Shown here: one piece after another, positions 29,624 through 37,083 of the stretch
Layout of the letters: each line of letters starts with the position of its first letter
How positions within the stretch are numbered: the first letter of the stretch is position 1
NCBI GenBank assembly: GCA_038253225.1
Contig: JBBSHH010000004.1
Location: forward strand, 1-50,272
Direction: 5' to 3'
Origin: Mycobacteriales bacterium
GTDB lineage: Bacteria; Actinomycetota; Actinomycetes; JALYNC01
Length of the DNA stretch: 50,272 nt
The notes under the pieces: model-generated
Databases searched by the model: none
Told to the model about the DNA's origin: nothing
What the model saw: only the letters and a program-made list of their open reading frames with translations
Translations under genes and position numbers: made by a program

Positions 29624-30160
29624 TCAGCCGGTCGCCAGCGGCAGCCGGCTGCCCATCATGCAGTAGGGCTCGGTCATGCCGGGGAAGCAGAACCCGGTGC
29701 GCAGGTCGAGGAACCCGAGCGACCGGTAGAGCCGGCGGGCCCGGGTGTCGGCGTCCGCGGTGGACAGCACCGCGGTCCGCCCCGGCGCGTCGCTGAGCAG
29801 GTCGGTGAGCAGCCGGTGGCCCAGCCCCTGTCCCTGCCGGTCGGGCAGCACGTGGAGCTCGGCGACCTCGAAGGTGGTCGGCATCCACTCCGCCGAGACG
29901 GCCGGCTCCAACGCCCCGGCCACGACGTCGTGCCACCACTGCCCGGGCGCCCCGGGGAAGCCGTAGCCGAACCCGACCAGTGCGTCGGCGTCGACCGCGA
30001 GCAGGGACCGGAACCCGGGGTAGGTCGCGTGCCGCGCCACGATGTCCCGGCGCGGCCGGATGTCCGCCAGGCTCCGGCCCATCGCGAGCCGGTAGACCTC
30101 CAGCGACTCGTCGGCGTAGGGCTCGAAGCCGGACCCGTCGACCCGGCGGATGCCGGTCAC
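29624..30160 (-). CDS. GNAT family N-acetyltransferase
   Basis: The GTG at 30160 overlaps the upstream TAG by 1 nt; the track's longer N-terminal extension is rejected. The acetyl-CoA motif is present (LHVLPDRQGQGLGHRLL ... ARRLYRSLGF). Confidence 0.8.
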   Translation of the reverse strand: MTGIRRVDGSGFEPYADESLEVYRLAMGRSLADIRPRRDIVARHATYPGFRSLLAVDADALVGFGYGFPGAPGQWWHDVVAGALEPAVSAEWMPTTFEVAELHVLPDRQGQGLGHRLLTDLLSDAPGRTAVLSTADADTRARRLYRSLGFLDLRTGFCFPGMTEPYCMMGSRLPLATG

Positions 30161-30846
30161 TACCGGCCCTGCGGCGTTGGTCCGGTCAGGGCGACCGGCT
30201 CCCGGCCGTCGACGGTGCCGTGCGCGGCGACCACGGCGAATCTGGCGAAGAGCTCCTCGGCGTACCAGCGCTCCTCGGTGGTACGCCGGACCGCGACCTG
30301 ATGCGCCGGCCGCCGGTGCGCGAACTCGCGCAGTGCTGCGGCGCTGTCCCAGACGCTGAAGGTGCCCTGCAGCCCCACCGGCGCCTCCCCGACCCCGATG
30401 GCGAGGCGGAGCCCGTCGACCTCGTGCAGGTCGGCCGAGACCGGTGGCACCGCCCGCCAGAACGTGACCGCCTTGCGCGGCGCGATCCGGGCGCGGGTGA
30501 GCGCGGCAACCGGGCCGTCGTGGCGCACCGGCCGGGGGTCGCCGAACGGCTGCCGGCCGGACCAGCGGCCCCGGGACGCCAGCGGCCGCAGCTCGGCCCA
30601 CCACCGTTCGGTCGATATCCGACTCCACGACCGGGACACCGCGGAGTCATCGAAGCCGGCCGCGTCCTGCGCGCTCGCCCAGGTGGCCAGCAGGCCCCAG
30701 CGTCGAGGAGTGACGTCGCGGACGGTGAACGTTTCGCCGTCCCCGGTGCCGAGCAGCTTGGCGAACCGCAACCCGGGCAAGGCGCGCAGTCGAGCCCGGT
30801 CCCGCGCCATCCGCAGCACCGCGGTGCCGACATGCCGGCCGGGCAC
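30160..30846 (-). CDS. CrtA-like (spheroidene monooxygenase family) protein, carotenoid 2-hydroxylase/ketolase candidate
   Basis: 228-aa ORF from the first canonical start (GTG). It resembles CrtA as I recall it (GLRFAKLLGTGDGETF, WGLLATW, LRPLASRGRWSGRQPF). The true N-terminus probably lies further upstream (see findings). Confidence 0.6.
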   Translation of the reverse strand: MPGRHVGTAVLRMARDRARLRALPGLRFAKLLGTGDGETFTVRDVTPRRWGLLATWASAQDAAGFDDSAVSRSWSRISTERWWAELRPLASRGRWSGRQPFGDPRPVRHDGPVAALTRARIAPRKAVTFWRAVPPVSADLHEVDGLRLAIGVGEAPVGLQGTFSVWDSAAALREFAHRRPAHQVAVRRTTEERWYAEELFARFAVVAAHGTVDGREPVALTGPTPQGR

Positions 30847-30905
30847 GCCCCACAGGTGGATGGTGACGGCGCCCGGGACCGGCTCGGTCGGGCCGTCGCG
30901 GGAGG

Positions 30906-31154
30906 TCAGGGCCGGCCCGACCCGGAGGGGGAGGCGGTGGGGGCACCCTTGCCGTACTGCCGGTCGGCATCCTGCTCACCCTGGGCGGCGGTGTCGTCCC
31001 CCACGGTGGTGGTCGGGCCGGGCTCGGAGACCACCCCGTTGCGGGTGACGCTGTCCCCGTTTCCGCCGTTGGCGGCGCAGCCGGCCGCGGCGAGCGGAAG
31101 CAACGTGGCGGCGATGGCGGCGGCGAGGGCGCGAACCGGCGGGCGTGGCGTCAT
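30906..31154 (-). CDS. Small lipoprotein
   Basis: The internal ATG at 31154 gives MTPRPPVRALAAAIAATLLPLAAAGCAANGG, a signal peptide plus lipobox, followed by a low-complexity mature part. It is the first gene of the minus-strand operon. Confidence 0.55.
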   Translation of the reverse strand: MTPRPPVRALAAAIAATLLPLAAAGCAANGGNGDSVTRNGVVSEPGPTTTVGDDTAAQGEQDADRQYGKGAPTASPSGSGRP

Positions 31155-31328
31155 GGCCCCATGCATACCCGATGCCGGCCCTTCGATCAGCGACCGGCCC
31201 GCCGGCGGGCGCAGCGGCTGGCGGTCGCCGGTCACCGGTCACGCCGCCGCGGGCTCGGTGCCGAAGCGACAGCCGTCCCCAGCCGACGTTGACGGACCGT
31301 CCGTACCGGGGTGTACGCTTCCCATCGT

Positions 31329-31344
31329 TCGAACATATGTTCGA
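31329..31344. promoter_or_regulatory. LexA (SOS) box, perfect palindrome TCGAACATATGTTCGA
   Basis: It matches the actinobacterial LexA consensus TCGAAC-N4-GTTCGA exactly. It lies 9 nt downstream of a possible promoter (TTGACG at 31289-31294, 19-nt spacer, TACGCT at 31314-31319), in the divergent region upstream of the DUF6504 gene. Confidence 0.8.
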
Positions 31345-31570
31345 TCAGCCCGCGGCCGCCGCCCTCGCGGACGGTGCCGTAGGCAACCGGCTTCCCGGCC
31401 GGGCCGGCGGACCTCGACCCCTGCCGGGCCGGCCGGGATTCCGGCGCCGGTCCGGGTGGCACGTGGGGAAGCGTCTCACCCGGACCGGCGTCCGTCGCCG
31501 CCTTCCCCCGGCGACTCCGCCGCGGTCTCGACCCGAGGCTGCGGCCCGGAGCGAGCGGGGGGAGCGGCCC

Positions 31571-32005
31571 ATGACACGGCGATACGCCGACGCGGTCGAG
31601 GTGCAGCGGCGGGACGACGCGCCGGCCCAGTTCCTCTGGCGGCGCCGGCTCTACGTCGTGCGGGCGGTGCTCGCCCACTGGTTCGAGGCGGGCGGATGGT
31701 GGCGCGGCGTCGCGGCGGCCTCGGTGTTCGGAGAGAGCACAGCGCCGCCGGCCACCGCCGACCTCGTCCTCGCCCCGATCCCGCCAGCGCCGATGTGGGG
31801 GCAGCGGGCGTGGGGAGAGCCGGCCCCGGACGTCGGTGTCGCGGTCGGGTCCGCTGCCGTCGAGGACCGCGAGCGGGAGTACTGGCGGGTGGAGGCCGGC
31901 ACCGGGCAGGCGGCCGGCACCGGGCAGGCGGCCGGCACCGGGGTCTACGACCTGTGCTTCCACTGGTCCGTCGGCGGTTGGACCGTCGTCCGCGCGATCG
32001 ACTGA
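31571..32005 (+). CDS. DUF6504-like small protein
   Basis: 144 codons from the ATG at 31571, with GGGGGAG 7 nt upstream. The N-terminal motif is AQFLWRRRLYVVRAVLAHW and the C-terminal motif is YWRVEAG...GVYDLCFHWSVGGWTVVRAID. The family name is from memory of similar annotated neighbours of SAV_6107-type HEPN genes. Confidence 0.65.
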   Translation: MTRRYADAVEVQRRDDAPAQFLWRRRLYVVRAVLAHWFEAGGWWRGVAAASVFGESTAPPATADLVLAPIPPAPMWGQRAWGEPAPDVGVAVGSAAVEDREREYWRVEAGTGQAAGTGQAAGTGVYDLCFHWSVGGWTVVRAID

Positions 32006-32014
32006 GGAGAAGTC

Positions 32015-32485
32015 ATGACTCGGCCGATGCTGACCCGGCCCGCGCCCACCGGGGCGATGCCGGCCCGGCCCCGCCGCCCCGCCGCGGCCGCCGGTGCGCT
32101 GCTGGCCGCCGCCCGCCGTGGTCTGATCGAGGCCGCGGGGCTGCCGGCTCCTGGCGAGCGGTACGCCGCCGCGCACCTGGCCGCCCTGCGCACCGCCGCC
32201 GCGGTCCTCGCCGCCCGGGCCCAGCCGGAGACCGCGCCGCCCCGCCGCCGCCGGCCGACGAGCGCCTGGGTGTTGCTCACCGCGGTCGCGCCCGAGCTGG
32301 GGGAGTGGGCCGCGTTCTTCGCCGCCGGCGCGGCCAAGCGGGCGGCCGCCGAGGCGGGGCTGACCGGGGTGGTCACGACCCGGGAGGCCGACGACCTGGT
32401 CCGCGACGTCGAGACGTTTCTCGCCGTCGTCGACACCACGCTCGGGCTGCCCCACCAGCCGGTCCTGACCGGCCGTGCCGGCTGA
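32015..32485 (+). CDS. HEPN domain protein (SAV_6107-like family)
   Basis: 156-aa ORF with GAGGAGA 4 nt upstream of the ATG. It is all-helical and Ala-rich, with an Rx4H motif (R49-YAAA-H54) and a conserved-looking tail (VAPELGEWAAFFAAGAAKRAAAEAG...TREADDLVRDVETFL). Confidence 0.65.
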   Translation: MTRPMLTRPAPTGAMPARPRRPAAAAGALLAAARRGLIEAAGLPAPGERYAAAHLAALRTAAAVLAARAQPETAPPRRRRPTSAWVLLTAVAPELGEWAAFFAAGAAKRAAAEAGLTGVVTTREADDLVRDVETFLAVVDTTLGLPHQPVLTGRAG

Positions 32486-32487
32486 CT

Positions 32488-35400
32488 ATGTCCGACCCCT
32501 TCGTTCACCTCCACGTGGCGTCCGGCTACTCGCTGCGCTACGGCGCCTCCCATCCGCAGGTGCTTGTCCAGCGGGCCGCGGAGCACGGGATGGACACGCT
32601 GGCCCTGACCGACCGGGGCGGTGTGTACGGCGCTGTGAAGTTCGTCCAGGCGTGCTCCACGGCCGGGATCCGGCCGGTGCTCGGTGTCGATCTCGCCGTC
32701 GCCCCGCTCGAGCTCGACGCGCGCCGGTCGACCCCGAGCCGTGGCCCCGGCACCCGCCAGCCGGTTCGGGGCGGTGCTTTCGTCGACCTCGCCTCGGCCC
32801 GGGTGACGGTGCTCGCCCGCGACGTGCGGGGCTGGGCGTCGGTGTGCCGGCTGGTCAGCGCCACCCACCTCACCGGCGAGCGCGGCACGCCGGTGAGCTC
32901 GCTGGACCTCCTCGCCGCGCACGCGGCCGGTGTGTTCGTGCTGCTCGGCCCGGGGTCGGAGGTCGGCCGGGCGCTGGCGGCGCGCCGGCTCGACCTGGCG
33001 CGGGCCCACCTCGACCGCTGGCGCGCCGTCCTCGGTGACGACGTCCTGCTCGAGGTCGTCCATCATCGCGGCGCCGGTGACGCCACCCGGGCGGCCCGGA
33101 TGCTGGGACTGGCCGCGGCCGCCGGGGTCGGGGCGGTGCTCACCAACGCGGTGCGCTACGCCGACCGGGCCGACGCGCCGACCGCCGATGTCCTCGACGC
33201 CGCCCGCCGGCTCGTCGTCCTCGACCCGCGCCACGTCGACCGGACGACGGCGGAGGGTGCCTTGAAGTCCGGCAAGGAGATGGCCGAGGTCGCCGACGAG
33301 GTCGCGACGATGGCCGGCACCGGACCGGCCGGCCGGCGGGAGCTGCTGGCCCGGACCCGGCGCGTCGCCGAGCAGTGCGCGCTGCCGCGCGGCACCGGCG
33401 GGCTCGGCATCGGTGAGATCCACTTCCCCGAGCTCGAGGTGACCGGCGGAGCCGGGTCGCTGGTCGGGTCGGCGGCCGCGGACGCCGTCCTGCGGGAACG
33501 CTGCACGGTCGGGTTCGGCCGGCGCGGGATGCCGGCGTCGGGCGCAGCGCTGCGTCGGCTCGACGCCGAGCTCGAGGTCATCCGTGGCCTGGGCTACCCG
33601 TCGTACTTTCTCACGGTCGGGGACGTCGTCGAGCTCATCAAGAGCATGGGGGTGCGGTGTGCCGCCCGCGGCTCCGGCGCCGGCAGCCTGGTCACCTACC
33701 TGCTGGGGATTTCCGACGTCGACCCGATCGAGCACGGGCTGGTGATGGAGCGGTTTCTCTCGCCGCTGCGGCACGCGCTGCCCGACATCGACATCGACGT
33801 CGAGTCGGCCCGCCGGACCGAGGTCTATACGGCGATCCTCGAGCGGTACGGCGGGGACCGGTGCACCTGCGTGTCGATGATGGACACCTACCGCGCCCGG
33901 CACGCCATCCGCGACGTCGGCGCCGCCCTCGGGCTGCCACCGAACGAGATCGACACCGTGGCCAAGGCGTTTCCGCACATCCGGGCGAGCCAGGTCCGGG
34001 CGGCGCTGCGCGACCTGCCGGAGCTGCAGGTCAGTGGTCTGGGCGCCGGCCGGCTCGACCTGCTGTTCCGTCTCGTCGAGCGGCTGGACGGGCTGCCCCG
34101 CCACATCGCCCTGCATCCGTGCGGGGTGCTGCTCTCCGACACCTCCCTGCTCGACCGCACCGCGGTGGAGGCGAGTTGGCTGGGCTTCCCGATGAGCCAG
34201 TTCGACAAGGACGACGTCGAGGCGCTCGGGCTGCTCAAGCTCGACGTGCTCGGCATCCGGATGCAGTCCGCGATCTCCCATGCCCTGGGGGAGGTGCGCC
34301 GGGTGGACGGCGTCGATGTCGACATCGACCGGATCTCCCGCGCCGACCCGGCGACGTTCGCGCTGGTCCAGTCCACCCGCACGCTCGGGTGCTTCCAGAT
34401 CGAGTCCCCCGGTCAGCGCGAGCTGGTCGGGAAGTTCGCGCCGGAGACGTTCGGCGACCTCATCATCGACATCTCGCTGTTCCGCCCGGGGCCGGTGAAG
34501 AGCGACATGGTCACCCCGTTCCTCGAGGCCCGACAGGGCTGGCGGCGGGTGGAGTACCTGCACCCGGACCTGCAGCCGGTCCTCGAGGAGACCTCTGGTG
34601 TGGTCGTCTTCCACGAGCAGGTGCTGCGGATGGTCTCGATCCTGACCGGTTGCACGTTGGCCGAGGCCGACGAGGTACGACGGGCGCTGGGCGATCCGCT
34701 CGGGCAGCCGGAGGTGCGGGTGTGGTTCGTCCCCGCGGCGCTGGGTCGGGGCTACCACCTCGACATGGTCGAGCGGGTGTGGGAGGTGCTCAAGGCCTTC
34801 GCCTCGTTCGGTTTCTGCAAGGCGCACGCGGCCGCGTTCGCCGTCCCGACCTACCAGTCGGCCTGGCTCAAGGCGCACCATCCGGCGGCGTTCCTCGCCG
34901 GCGTGCTGACCCACGACCCCGGCATGTATCCCAAGCGGCTGATCCTCGACGACGCGCGGCAGTTCGGTATCGCCGTCCTGTCGCTCGACGTCAACCGGTC
35001 CGACGCCGAGTACCGGGTCGAGCGGGTCGGGATCTTCGACGAGCCGCCGCCCGCGATCCTCGACGCCCCCCCACGGGACCGGCCGGCGAACGGCCCGGAC
35101 GCCCGCCGGTACGGCATCCGGCTCGGCCTGGCCGAGGTCAAGGGCAGCACCGACGCGGAGGTGGCCCGGATCATGGCCGGGCGGCCCTATGCCTCGCTGG
35201 CCGACTTCTGGCACCGGGCCGCGGTCTCCCGCCCGATCGCCGAACGGCTCGTCGTGGCCGGCGGCTTCGACGAGATCTACGGTCTGGGCTCGGCCGTGCC
35301 GGTTCGCCGGCGCGGCCAGGTCACCCGCCGCGACCTGCTGCTCCAGGTCGCCGAGCTCGACGCCTGGACCCGGTCCCGCGCGCGGCCGGGACGCCGGGCC

Positions 35401-36210
35401 GCAGCGGGGCAGCGCCCGGGCGCGAACCAGCCGGCCGACGTCCGCACTCTTGCCGCGCGCCAGTCCCAGGCGGCTCGGCCGGTCCAGCCGGTCGACGTCC
35501 AGCTCACCCTCGACCTCGGCGACACCCCGGCCGAGACCCGTCCGTCCGGGCTGCCGGAGATGACCGACGCGGAACGGGTCAGGGCCGAGCTCGACGTCCT
35601 CGGGCTCGACGCCAGCCGGCACGTCATGGACTTCTACGCGCGGTTCCTCTCCGCCGTCGGCATCACCCGGGCGCGCGACCTGGTCCGGTGCCGCAGCCGG
35701 TCCGACGTCCTGGTCGCCGGGGTCAAGGTGGCCACCCAGACACCGCCGATCCGTTCCGGTCGGCGGGTCGTCTTCGTCACGCTCGACGACGCCACCGGCC
35801 CGCTGGACGCGACGTTCTTCGAAGACGCGCAGAGCGGGTACGCCGCGACCCTGTTCCATTCCTGGCTGCTCGTCATCCGCGGCACGATCCGTCGCACCGG
35901 ACCGCGCGGAGTCTCGATGCGGGCCAGCGGCTGCTGGGAGCTCCCCCGGCTGCGGGCGGAGTGGGAGACCGGCGGCCTGCCCGCGGTGTGGACGGCCATG
36001 ACGGCGCCCCCGATCCGGAGCGAGCTCGCGCTGCACGGCGCGGCGGAGAGCCGCTCCACCCGTCCGGTGATGGCCGACCCGCCGCCCGCAGCGCTGGTCT
36101 ATCCGAGCGGGTTCGCGCTCTCGCCGTACGCCGACATCACGCCGGCCGGGGCCGGCAGCGCGCCCCCGCGCCGGCTCTGGCACGCCAGCCCGGGCAGTGC
36201 CGGTGGCTAG
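32488..36210 (+). CDS. dnaE2: C-family DNA polymerase (Pol III alpha homolog), DnaE2-like / error-prone type with degenerate PHP domain
   Basis: 1240 codons from the ATG at 32488, 2 nt after the HEPN stop. The PHP N-terminus reads FVHLHVASGYSLRYGAS...LALTDRGGVYGAVKF. The catalytic palm motifs are intact (LPDIDIDVES, SQFDKDDVEALGLLKLDVLG). An OB-fold is present (VLVAGVKVATQTPPIRSGRRVVFVTLDDATGPLDATFF). There is no long tau-binding C-terminal domain. The subclass (dnaE2 versus a separate paralog) is uncertain. Confidence 0.85.
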   Translation: MSDPFVHLHVASGYSLRYGASHPQVLVQRAAEHGMDTLALTDRGGVYGAVKFVQACSTAGIRPVLGVDLAVAPLELDARRSTPSRGPGTRQPVRGGAFVDLASARVTVLARDVRGWASVCRLVSATHLTGERGTPVSSLDLLAAHAAGVFVLLGPGSEVGRALAARRLDLARAHLDRWRAVLGDDVLLEVVHHRGAGDATRAARMLGLAAAAGVGAVLTNAVRYADRADAPTADVLDAARRLVVLDPRHVDRTTAEGALKSGKEMAEVADEVATMAGTGPAGRRELLARTRRVAEQCALPRGTGGLGIGEIHFPELEVTGGAGSLVGSAAADAVLRERCTVGFGRRGMPASGAALRRLDAELEVIRGLGYPSYFLTVGDVVELIKSMGVRCAARGSGAGSLVTYLLGISDVDPIEHGLVMERFLSPLRHALPDIDIDVESARRTEVYTAILERYGGDRCTCVSMMDTYRARHAIRDVGAALGLPPNEIDTVAKAFPHIRASQVRAALRDLPELQVSGLGAGRLDLLFRLVERLDGLPRHIALHPCGVLLSDTSLLDRTAVEASWLGFPMSQFDKDDVEALGLLKLDVLGIRMQSAISHALGEVRRVDGVDVDIDRISRADPATFALVQSTRTLGCFQIESPGQRELVGKFAPETFGDLIIDISLFRPGPVKSDMVTPFLEARQGWRRVEYLHPDLQPVLEETSGVVVFHEQVLRMVSILTGCTLAEADEVRRALGDPLGQPEVRVWFVPAALGRGYHLDMVERVWEVLKAFASFGFCKAHAAAFAVPTYQSAWLKAHHPAAFLAGVLTHDPGMYPKRLILDDARQFGIAVLSLDVNRSDAEYRVERVGIFDEPPPAILDAPPRDRPANGPDARRYGIRLGLAEVKGSTDAEVARIMAGRPYASLADFWHRAAVSRPIAERLVVAGGFDEIYGLGSAVPVRRRGQVTRRDLLLQVAELDAWTRSRARPGRRAAAGQRPGANQPADVRTLAARQSQAARPVQPVDVQLTLDLGDTPAETRPSGLPEMTDAERVRAELDVLGLDASRHVMDFYARFLSAVGITRARDLVRCRSRSDVLVAGVKVATQTPPIRSGRRVVFVTLDDATGPLDATFFEDAQSGYAATLFHSWLLVIRGTIRRTGPRGVSMRASGCWELPRLRAEWETGGLPAVWTAMTAPPIRSELALHGAAESRSTRPVMADPPPAALVYPSGFALSPYADITPAGAGSAPPRRLWHASPGSAGG

Positions 36211-36315
36211 CGGCGCCGCCGCGGCGCGGCCGCCGTCACTAGGCTGCCGGTGCCGGCGGCCCGGGCCGGCCCACACCGCCCGCACCCGCGTTCACGCCGC
36301 CCGAGGAGGACAGTG

Positions 36316-37080
36316 GTGGACCGCCTGCGGTCCCGCACCTCGGTGCGAACCGCCGTCGTCTGGGAGGTGCTCCGCGCCGCGCTGGCCGAGCAGTTTCCCG
36401 GCTCCGACCCGGCGGCCCCGGCGCCGCTCGACATCCTCGACGCGGGCGGTGGCAGCGGCGGCTTCGCCGTCCCGCTCGCCCAGCTCGACCACCGGGTCAC
36501 CGTCGTCGACCCGAGCCCCGACTCGCTCGCCGCCCTGCGGCGTCGCGCCGCCGAGGCCGGCGTCCGGACGCCGGTGCGGGCGGTGCAGGGCGACTTCGCC
36601 AACCTGCACGTGGTGGTGCCGGCCGCCAGCTACGACGTGGTGCTCTGTCACAGCGTGTTCGAGGTCGTCGAGGACCCCGCGGCGGCGATGGCGGCCGTCA
36701 CGGCTGCGCTACGGCCGGGTGGACTGGTCAGCATCCTGGCCGCGAACCGGACCGCCGCCGTGGTCGGCCGAGCGGTCGCCGGGCACTTCGCGGACGCCCG
36801 TCGCATCCTCACCGACCCCACCGGGCGGTGGGGTGACGGTGACGCGTTGGTGCGCCGGTTCACCGTCGCCGAGGTCGCCGGGCTCGCCGCCGCCGCCGGT
36901 TTGGTGGTCGGCCCGGTCCACGGCATCCGGGTGTTCACCGATCTCGTCCCGGGCGGCCTGCTCGACGCCGACCCGGAGGCCGCCGCGGCGCTGCTGGGTC
37001 TCGAGCACGCCGTCACCGGTCGGTCGGAGTTTCTGGGGCTGGCAACCCAGCTGCACCTGCTCGCCTCGCGGCCACGGTGA
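36316..37080 (+). CDS. Class I SAM-dependent methyltransferase
   Basis: SAM-binding motif I is present (ILDAGGGSGGFAVPLA), with an acidic post-I residue (VTVVDPS). I preferred the GTG at 36316, 5 nt after AGGAGGA, over the track start at 36250. Confidence 0.75.
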   Translation: MDRLRSRTSVRTAVVWEVLRAALAEQFPGSDPAAPAPLDILDAGGGSGGFAVPLAQLDHRVTVVDPSPDSLAALRRRAAEAGVRTPVRAVQGDFANLHVVVPAASYDVVLCHSVFEVVEDPAAAMAAVTAALRPGGLVSILAANRTAAVVGRAVAGHFADARRILTDPTGRWGDGDALVRRFTVAEVAGLAAAAGLVVGPVHGIRVFTDLVPGGLLDADPEAAAALLGLEHAVTGRSEFLGLATQLHLLASRPR

Positions 37081-37083
37081 CCG

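Noticed and set aside
31337-31570. An ATG inside the LexA box that is in frame with the DUF6504 gene, which would give a 222-aa protein from a leaderless mRNA.
   Set aside because: The extra 78 codons are Arg/Pro/Gly-rich with visibly lower GC3 than the downstream part, and the ATG at 31571 has a good Shine-Dalgarno. It cannot be excluded without TSS or ribosome-profiling data, which leaves an unusually long leader of about 230 nt.
29980-32487. An 836-codon N-terminal extension that makes the DnaE ORF 2076 aa in the track.
   Set aside because: The extension crosses four independently supported genes (several on the other strand) and the LexA-box region. Polymerase homology starts at the ATG at 32488, right after the HEPN stop.
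31945-36285. 1446-aa ORF on the minus strand, plus other long frames (33657..36242, 36709..37923).
   Set aside because: It is antisense or an alternative-frame shadow of the DnaE, methyltransferase and DinB genes. The composition is Arg/Pro/Gly-biased and I recognised no motifs.
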